This document shows, piece after piece, positions 57,671 to 64,000 of a stretch of DNA of 64,000 nucleotides; position 1 is the first letter of the stretch; each line of letters begins with the position of its first letter. The DNA comes from Candidatus Latescibacterota bacterium. Lineage in GTDB: Bacteria; Latescibacterota; UBA2968. A model generated the notes under the pieces. The model saw only the letters and a program-made list of their open reading frames with translations. It was not told where the DNA came from and did no database searches. Location of the stretch: contig OZ242311.1 of NCBI GenBank assembly GCA_965207885.1, positions 832,001-896,000 of the forward strand. The letters run 5' to 3'. A program made the translations under genes and the position numbers.

Positions 57671-58530
57671 TGTTTAATTGTTCCAAATGTCACACCCCGC
57701 AGCAGATGATTGCGGACGAGTACTGTGAAGATTACGATTGGCACGACAAAGATGAGGACGCCCGCGGCAATCTGCGGCCAGGGGATGCCCTGGATGTTGC
57801 CTTGAAGTCCGGCAAAATACACGGGTACGGTGATGGCTTCGGCGTTGTTGAGCGCGAGCGCAAAGCCGTATTCATTCCAGGCGGATATGAGACAGAAGAC
57901 GGCGGTAACAGCCATGCCGGTTGCAGAGTGGGGTAAGATGATTTTGTAAAATGCTTGAAGTGGGCTGTATCCATCGACGAGTGCGGCTTCTTCATACGCC
58001 CGGGGGATTTCGTCTATGAATCCCTTCATCAACCAGACCGCGAGCGAGAGGTTAAATGCCGTGTAGAGGAGAATGAGGCCCAGGTGTGTGTTGGGCAGAT
58101 TGAAGACGCGGTACATCATCAGTACGGGGACTACGACGGCGAGTGGGGGCAGGAAGCGGGTCGAGAGGATGAAGAACAGCCAGTCTCGCGCACCTGCGAT
58201 GCGAAATCGGCTAAATCCATACGCGCAGCCCGTTCCGAGGACGACCGATGTCAGGGTGCTGAGCAGGCCGATGATGACGCTGTTTAAGAGGTAGTGAAAA
58301 AATGCGTGTGCTTTGCCCGTGTGTGGTGTTGCCAGTTTGCGATAGGCGTCTAATGTGGCTGCGAAACTCAGGCCTCCGGGCGCGATGTTTTCAGCGGTGG
58401 TTGGCATGAGAGAGGCTGTGGCGCTGATCGCTGCTTCCTGAGTTTTCAGGGAGGTGAGAAAAAGCCAGCACAGGGGCAGTGTGGCGAGACAAAAATACGG
58501 GATAATAACGAGCCATCTCAAGTTCTTCAC
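57667..58530 (-). CDS. Carbohydrate ABC permease (MalG-like)
   Basis: EEAALVDG EAA loop, WNEY. Confidence 0.92.
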   Translation of the reverse strand: MKNLRWLVIIPYFCLATLPLCWLFLTSLKTQEAAISATASLMPTTAENIAPGGLSFAATLDAYRKLATPHTGKAHAFFHYLLNSVIIGLLSTLTSVVLGTGCAYGFSRFRIAGARDWLFFILSTRFLPPLAVVVPVLMMYRVFNLPNTHLGLILLYTAFNLSLAVWLMKGFIDEIPRAYEEAALVDGYSPLQAFYKIILPHSATGMAVTAVFCLISAWNEYGFALALNNAEAITVPVYFAGLQGNIQGIPWPQIAAGVLIFVVPIVIFTVLVRNHLLRGVTFGTIKQ

Positions 58531-59411
58531 GCGCTTTCCCTCCCCTGTTTTGCCTGGATGCTGGCGATGTATCGGATGAAAATAGTTGCGAGTGCGATGA
58601 CGATGAGGAGGATGACGATGCTGTAAGAGCTGCCCAGTCCGATTTTATATCCGCGAAACATGACTTGATAGAGGAGGGCACTCAATGTTTGGGTCGCGCG
58701 ATCATTGGGTCCCGTGACAGCCATGACGAGGTCAAATTGCTTGAGGGCATCTGTGGTGCGCAGCAGGACTGCGAGAAAGAGGAGGGGTGAGCACAGGGGT
58801 AGGGTGATGCGCCGAAAGACGGTCCATCTGGATGCCCGGTCAATGGCCGCGGCTTCGTAGAGGTGGTTGGGAATGGCATTGAGACCGGCAAGGGCAATGA
58901 GCATCATAAACGGCGTCCACATCCAGATGTCGATCATCAGGATGGAGAAGAGTTTCAAATCGGGGTCGGTCAGCCATTGCGGTTGGTAGAGGCCAAAGAC
59001 GGATAGTGCTTGATTGACGACGCCGTAGTGGCCGTTGAGGATAAAGTTCCAGTACAGGCCCATAACTGCGGGGGATAGCATCATGGGTACCAGGAGTATG
59101 GTGGTGATGGCGGGTTTGCCCCAGAAGGGTTTTTGAAGGGCGAGGGCAAGGGCAAAGCCGAGAAGGAGTTCGGTCGCGACTGCCAGGACCACGAATAGTC
59201 CGGTGGTGCGAAGGGCAGTGCCATAGCGCGTGTCGTCAAAGATGACGCCGTAGTTGCGCCCACCCACGAGTCGTGCAATGCCGCCACTGAGTTCGGCATC
59301 GGTAAAGCTGAGGTAGATGTTGTAAAAGAGGGGAAAGATGTTGAACGCGATCAGAAAGATCAGTGCTGGACCCACAAAGCCGTATTTCAAAATGCCGTCT
59401 TTCACGCGCAT
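58527..59411 (-). CDS. Carbohydrate ABC permease (MalF-like)
   Basis: WTPFMML, YEAAAIDRA, ITLP. Confidence 0.92.
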   Translation of the reverse strand: MRVKDGILKYGFVGPALIFLIAFNIFPLFYNIYLSFTDAELSGGIARLVGGRNYGVIFDDTRYGTALRTTGLFVVLAVATELLLGFALALALQKPFWGKPAITTILLVPMMLSPAVMGLYWNFILNGHYGVVNQALSVFGLYQPQWLTDPDLKLFSILMIDIWMWTPFMMLIALAGLNAIPNHLYEAAAIDRASRWTVFRRITLPLCSPLLFLAVLLRTTDALKQFDLVMAVTGPNDRATQTLSALLYQVMFRGYKIGLGSSYSIVILLIVIALATIFIRYIASIQAKQGRESA

Positions 59412-59454
59412 TTCTCGAAAGGGGTGAGGGATGGAAACCGCGATGGGGCGTTTC

Positions 59455-59742
59455 TCACTGTTCCCGTTTTCTGCGAAGTGCCAATACTTGCTTGAATATC
59501 TGTGAAATATTGCCACCATTGCGGGAGTGCAATAGCATCTGCTCTTTTGATATGACCATCATGGTGTCTTCTTTTGGGTCGGGATAACGGCAAAAGCTCG
59601 ATTTTACCGCTTCACCCGTGACGCAGCAGTATTTTTCCACCGGGATTTCTTGTTCGGTATCCAGCCTGCTGGTGGTGGGTTCCAGGTCTTTGTTCGCTTC
59701 TTCGTATTCGGTGAATATTTCCGAGATTTTGGCGGCCATCAT
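59455..59742 (-). CDS. Small hypothetical protein
   Basis: 95-aa ORF with AGGAG RBS; CCVTGE motif. Confidence 0.6.
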   Translation of the reverse strand: MMAAKISEIFTEYEEANKDLEPTTSRLDTEQEIPVEKYCCVTGEAVKSSFCRYPDPKEDTMMVISKEQMLLHSRNGGNISQIFKQVLALRRKREQ

Positions 59743-59851
59743 GCGATCTCCTGTTGTGGTGATACAGATCTTTGTGGAGCGCGAAATAATATGCAAAAAA
59801 GAGCCTTATGTAAAGAAAAATAACGTTAAAGAGGCTTTTGAAGCGTCATTT

Positions 59852-60274
59852 TTAAATGGGTCTGACTTTATCTCCTACTTCGGGTTTATCAAAAGGGAGC
59901 GATTGTTCACGGGGATTTATCATTTCTTCTTCAATCATCCCAGCAAAAATAGATCTAACTGAACTTGGTTTCTTTACAATTTTTCGTTCTACTTCGGTTG
60001 TTTTTTTTGTGGATTCCAAAGTAGCCATTTGTGGCTGAATATGAATAACCTTTCCTGTTCCCTTTACAATCTCCAAACGGCCCAATGACTCGCCATTTTC
60101 AGGATCTATGATTTCTTCATCACTTAAAACATAAATCTGAAACTTTTGGTTTTTTTTCACATCATGTTCGCTCCCTCTATTAATCACAACTGTATAATTA
60201 TCCAAAACACTAGCTACAGACGCAGGAAAAGGAGTTTCTGCTATTGCCTCCTCTACGATTTCTTTGGTCTCCAT
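59852..60274 (-). CDS. Hypothetical protein, FlgT-C-terminal-like beta barrel
   Basis: VVINRGS..DV, IIDPENGESLG, VGDKV; AT-rich. Confidence 0.65.
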   Translation of the reverse strand: METKEIVEEAIAETPFPASVASVLDNYTVVINRGSEHDVKKNQKFQIYVLSDEEIIDPENGESLGRLEIVKGTGKVIHIQPQMATLESTKKTTEVERKIVKKPSSVRSIFAGMIEEEMINPREQSLPFDKPEVGDKVRPI

Positions 60275-60283
60275 GAGTGCCTC

Positions 60284-60802
60284 CTATTCTTCAAAAATTT
60301 CGAGGTATGACCGATTAACATTGGGTTTGGCTATTACCTTTTCCAAAACTTGTGCATTTCCAGCTTCTAATTTATCTCTAATTTCTTCTTGCCCACTTAT
60401 CCACTGGGTTATCAAAATCTGGATGTATTTGTCTTCTTGCACATTGAAAACATATCCCAACCCAATTAGTCTTTCGTATCCTTCATCATAAAAAAATAAA
60501 GAAACTATAGCATTATGAGAATAGAGTTGTGAGGGCTCAAAAAGACAGATGGTCCCCATATTTTCAATAGTTTTCACCAGGATCAATTTTGGCAATATAT
60601 TTTGCGCCCTTTGGTAATATTGGTAAGCTATCCGACCTGAAAATGCTAAAAGTATCAACAAAAGAGCCAACACGGACAAGGCCCATTTTAGGGATATGCT
60701 GTCATTGGGAGAAAGAATCCATAAAATTAAAGGTAACCCTATAGAAAACAAACAAGTTAGAAGAAATCGCAAGTCAATCAAATGGCTCCATTTTCCGGTC
60801 AT
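60284..60802 (-). CDS. Two-TM hypothetical membrane protein
   Basis: Two N-terminal hydrophobic helices; AT-rich; 9 bp from next gene. Confidence 0.7.
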   Translation of the reverse strand: MTGKWSHLIDLRFLLTCLFSIGLPLILWILSPNDSISLKWALSVLALLLILLAFSGRIAYQYYQRAQNILPKLILVKTIENMGTICLFEPSQLYSHNAIVSLFFYDEGYERLIGLGYVFNVQEDKYIQILITQWISGQEEIRDKLEAGNAQVLEKVIAKPNVNRSYLEIFEE

Positions 60803-60873
60803 TATTTTTCCTGCTGAGGATCAAGAAATATTTACGTAACAGTAATATCCCATAAATTTGGTACAAACACAAA

Positions 60874-61914
60874 TTAAACCTTAAACAAGAAGTGTATTAC
60901 ATCGCCATCAAAAATCTCTGCGTCTTTTCCTTTGACCATGAGCTTGCCCGCTGCTTTTACTTTTTGTTCGTCTCCGAGTGCGATTAAGTCTTCGTAGCGC
61001 ATGACTTCGGCCCGGATGAATCCCCGCTCGATGTCGCCGTGAACTGCGCCGCCCGCCTGTGGTGATAGGGTGCCTTTTGGGATGGTCCATGCGTGTACTT
61101 CGTCATTGACTACTGTGAAGAATGAGATCAAGCCCAGGGTTTTGTAACACAATAAGGTCAACCGATCCAGCGCGGGTTGTTCGATGCCGAGGTCGGCGAG
61201 AAATTCTTCGCGCGTTTCGTCGTCGAGCAGGGAGATTTCTTCTTCGATTTGTGCGGATATCGCGATCCATTCAAAACCACAGTCGGCAAAATCAGCGGCT
61301 ATTTCATCTATAATTCCGTCGTCGCCGATCTGGTCTTCGTCTGTGTTTAGCACTACGATTACTGCTTTGGTGGTTAAGAAGGGATAGCTGGATGTGAGTT
61401 TTACTTCGTCTGAGGTCAGTGCAAACTGGCGCAGGGGTTTCCCTGCTTCCAGATGCGTCTGCATGCGCGTCATTAAGTCCTTTTCTTGCTCTATTCTCAG
61501 CCTGTCTTTTGTGTGCCGGTCTTGTGCTATTCGCTCCAGTCGCTTTTCTACAAAGATCAGGTCGGCGAGCAATAGTTCTTCCCAAAAGGCCTGTATGTCG
61601 CGTTTGGCATCTACGTCGCCCGCTATGTGAAAGACGGTGTCGTTTTCAAATACCCGGGCGAGGAAGCAGATTACATCTACCCGCTCCAGGTCTTGAAGAA
61701 CAGGTATGTTGCGTTCGGTCTGTGTGTCCAGATCGGGCAATAGTACAAATGCCATTTCCGCAGGTACTTCGCGTGCGGGTTTGTACATTTCTACCAGCCG
61801 ATCAAATCGCTCGTCCCGTACCTTTGCCTGTCCCATTTCACCTGTGTGTCCGGTTAGTAAGCGGAATAGCGTTTTTTTACCGACCTGCGGCAATCCAATT
61901 AGCCCGAGTCTCAT
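60874..61914 (-). CDS. ychF: YchF/OLA1-like NTPase, divergent motifs
   Basis: GLPQVGKKT, coiled coil, C-terminal DIERGFIRAEV...DGDVIHF. Confidence 0.85.
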   Translation of the reverse strand: MRLGLIGLPQVGKKTLFRLLTGHTGEMGQAKVRDERFDRLVEMYKPAREVPAEMAFVLLPDLDTQTERNIPVLQDLERVDVICFLARVFENDTVFHIAGDVDAKRDIQAFWEELLLADLIFVEKRLERIAQDRHTKDRLRIEQEKDLMTRMQTHLEAGKPLRQFALTSDEVKLTSSYPFLTTKAVIVVLNTDEDQIGDDGIIDEIAADFADCGFEWIAISAQIEEEISLLDDETREEFLADLGIEQPALDRLTLLCYKTLGLISFFTVVNDEVHAWTIPKGTLSPQAGGAVHGDIERGFIRAEVMRYEDLIALGDEQKVKAAGKLMVKGKDAEIFDGDVIHFLFKV

Positions 61915-62035
61915 GGCGGTAATATTCCTTCCTCATAGGAGAGGGGACCAAATTCCATTGACGGATGCAAGACTGTGCTTTAATATACTGAAAATATTGT
62001 AAGAAAAAATACAGAAGAAGGGAAAGGAGTTTACC

Positions 62036-62800
62036 GTGAAAACCGTCGAACTCGGCACGACTGGTATATTGGTTTCTCAACTCAGTTTTGGTACGGGTAC
62101 CAATGGCTGGGGCGGGCGTTCCAACCAGACGGATCTGGGGACGCGCGAACTTGTGGACTTGCTTATCTATGGCTTTGAACGAGGCGTCACGTTTTGGGAT
62201 AGTGCCGATCAATACGGCAGTCATGTCCATCTCGCAGGTGCATTGGAGCATATCGATCGCGAGCGGGTTGTGATTACATCCAAGATTCGTGCGACAACAG
62301 CCCATGAGGCAGAGCGCGATATGGATCGCATTTTGAGCGAGTTAGATACGGATTATATCGATATTGTTCTTATGCATTGTCTGACAGATGAAGACTGGCC
62401 CAGTTCCTATCGGGGTGTTATGGATGTCCTTGCCGATAAAAAACAAAAAGGCATCATTCGCGCACACGGTGTTTCCTGTCACGATATTGATGCCTTTCAG
62501 CAAGCAGCTATTACCCCATGGGTCGATGTTGTTTTGGCGCGTATCAACTATGCCGGGAAGAATATGGATGGTCCGCCCGAACGCGTTGTTCCCATTCTGG
62601 AAGAGATGGATGCCAATGATATCGGCGTTTATGGGATGAAAGTCGTGGGCCGCGGCGACCTGCCCGCACGCGATGCGATTCACTATGTTCTCGATATTCC
62701 AGCGGTTGACGCGATTACTGTTGGGATGATGAACCGCAGCGAAATCGACGAGAATATCGGCCATGTCGAAGCGCATAGCACTGTGTTGCTACCTGTTTAA
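62036..62800 (+). CDS. Aldo/keto reductase
   Basis: FWDSADQYG, ITSK, TDYID, GVSCH. Confidence 0.9.
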   Translation: MKTVELGTTGILVSQLSFGTGTNGWGGRSNQTDLGTRELVDLLIYGFERGVTFWDSADQYGSHVHLAGALEHIDRERVVITSKIRATTAHEAERDMDRILSELDTDYIDIVLMHCLTDEDWPSSYRGVMDVLADKKQKGIIRAHGVSCHDIDAFQQAAITPWVDVVLARINYAGKNMDGPPERVVPILEEMDANDIGVYGMKVVGRGDLPARDAIHYVLDIPAVDAITVGMMNRSEIDENIGHVEAHSTVLLPV

Positions 62801-62806
62801 AAGGCG

Positions 62807-62869
62807 GTGAGACGTAAAAAGTGAGACGTGAGAGGGAGGCGGTCCTCTTACGTCTTACTTCTCACTTTT
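62807..62869. repeat. Inverted heptamer (GTGAGAC-like) array forming hairpin between convergent genes
   Basis: GTGAGAC GTAAAAA GTGAGAC GTGAGAG ... CTCTTAC GTCTTAC TTCTCAC. Confidence 0.6.
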
Positions 62870-63511
62870 CTCTTCTATCCGCTCAATCTCATCTCGAATT
62901 ATTCCCGCGTCTTCGTATCGCTCTTCCTTGACAGCTTTATTCATCTGTTCTTTCAAAACTTCCAGCAATTCATCGGGATCCATATCTTGCCCCTGCGAAT
63001 CAACACCCTGTACTGGCTGATCGGCTGCCTGCGCGATGTCTAAGACGGGTTCTTCAGGTATGTCTTGTTCATGGGGTGGATTTAGCTGCTCGAGCTCATA
63101 ACCGTATTCGGTGCGGCGGACTTTGAATCCCACTTGTTGAATGATTTTGGCATCCATATAGATGGGCGCGCCAAATTTGAGTGCCAGCACAATGCTATCA
63201 CTGGGGCGGGCGTCTAAACGCACTTGCTCTCCTCGAGCAAAGAGGATGAGTTCGGCGTAAAAAATATGATCTTTTAAATCGACAATCTGCACCTTTTCAA
63301 CTTCGGCATCAAAATGTGCCAGCATCGCGCACATCAAATCATACGCGAGAGGTCGCGGCATAGATTTGCCTGCGAGTTCTGAGCGGATAGACCGGTATTC
63401 GACAGGACCAATTTCAATGGGTACCATCACACTGCCTTCAACACTTTGTAGCCACACCACGTTCTGTTCCGTATGATCTTGACGTAAATCCACAACCTGC
63501 ATTTCAATCAT
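62855..63511 (-). CDS. Bifunctional nuclease (DUF151) with UVR domain
   Basis: PIEIG..E, PRP..YDL, DARPSDSI, AVKEERYEDAG.IRDEI. Confidence 0.9.
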   Translation of the reverse strand: MIEMQVVDLRQDHTEQNVVWLQSVEGSVMVPIEIGPVEYRSIRSELAGKSMPRPLAYDLMCAMLAHFDAEVEKVQIVDLKDHIFYAELILFARGEQVRLDARPSDSIVLALKFGAPIYMDAKIIQQVGFKVRRTEYGYELEQLNPPHEQDIPEEPVLDIAQAADQPVQGVDSQGQDMDPDELLEVLKEQMNKAVKEERYEDAGIIRDEIERIEEKSEK

Positions 63512-63625
63512 GACGTCCGCCTTCCATCGCAGTAAAAAATATGTGTAGCCGTAAGGATAGTTAAAATTTCACCGTATGCAAGTTGAATTTCTACCTCGTG
63601 TGGAACTTCTCGTTTGGAGATTGCA

Positions 63626-64000
63626 ATGCAACTTTCTCTCTCTGTCCGCGTGGCCGAAAGTTTTCGCAATAAGCGCAATTTGACTATCGCTTTGCCCGAT
63701 CTCGCGGAGATTGCCCAAAGCGCGGGTTATGAAGCACTTTGCATGCGCGCTTCGGGTGTGGGTACGCACAGTCCGCCCGAACGCATTGTTGAAGTGCAAC
63801 GTATTTTGAAGAGGCACAATCTCGCGGTTTCAATGGCAACCGGTGATTTTGCCATACCCGAGAATGGTGCCGATGGGCCAGATAGCTTGCGGAATATTAC
63901 CCCACACCTCGATCTGGCAGACGCGCTTGGTTGCGATTTACTGCGCGTCTGTATCAAGACCGATGCAGATATCGCGCACGCCCAGCGCGCAGCCGATGAG
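63626..64000 (+). CDS. Sugar phosphate isomerase/epimerase (TIM barrel), partial
   Basis: GGAG RBS; AGYEALCMRAS, HLDLADALGCDLLRV; runs off window. Confidence 0.7.
   Translation, partial: MQLSLSVRVAESFRNKRNLTIALPDLAEIAQSAGYEALCMRASGVGTHSPPERIVEVQRILKRHNLAVSMATGDFAIPENGADGPDSLRNITPHLDLADALGCDLLRVCIKTDADIAHAQRAADE

Overview
Bacterial chromosomal window. The eukaryote-like LRR proteins, PhyH dioxygenases, sulfatase and NiSOD resemble marine or sponge-symbiont genomes such as Latescibacterota; this is inference only. Positions ~1-15,030 form a decaying, layered genomic island. It has a serine-recombinase-type att-like site at 221-270, a decayed repeat of that site at ~6,303-6,383, and a 3' half tRNA-Gln-like fragment at 14,990-15,031. 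Its cargo is a cytoplasmic beta-propeller/sigma54 activator with its enhancer and -24/-12 promoter, a chimeric deletion relic, two secreted dockerin-like/LRR proteins (one bracketed by inverted IS3-like ends), DUF1800, two PhyH-like Fe/2OG enzymes with non-canonical metal motifs (HSG and RSG) and a sulfatase. The remaining ~49 kb is mostly core: groEL/groES with CIRCE, signal-peptide sodN, rnr, TPR/DUF4292 lipoproteins, M14 peptidase, DUF2089/DUF4097, metabolic genes, three toxin-antitoxin loci, GH5, double-length uvrA, glgP, a hydrolase-degenerate short RelA/SpoT, an M16 pair, a sugar ABC transporter, a divergent ychF, AKR and DUF151. Several REP-like and heptamer repeats are scattered through it. 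All family assignments come from motif recognition by eye; no database search was run.
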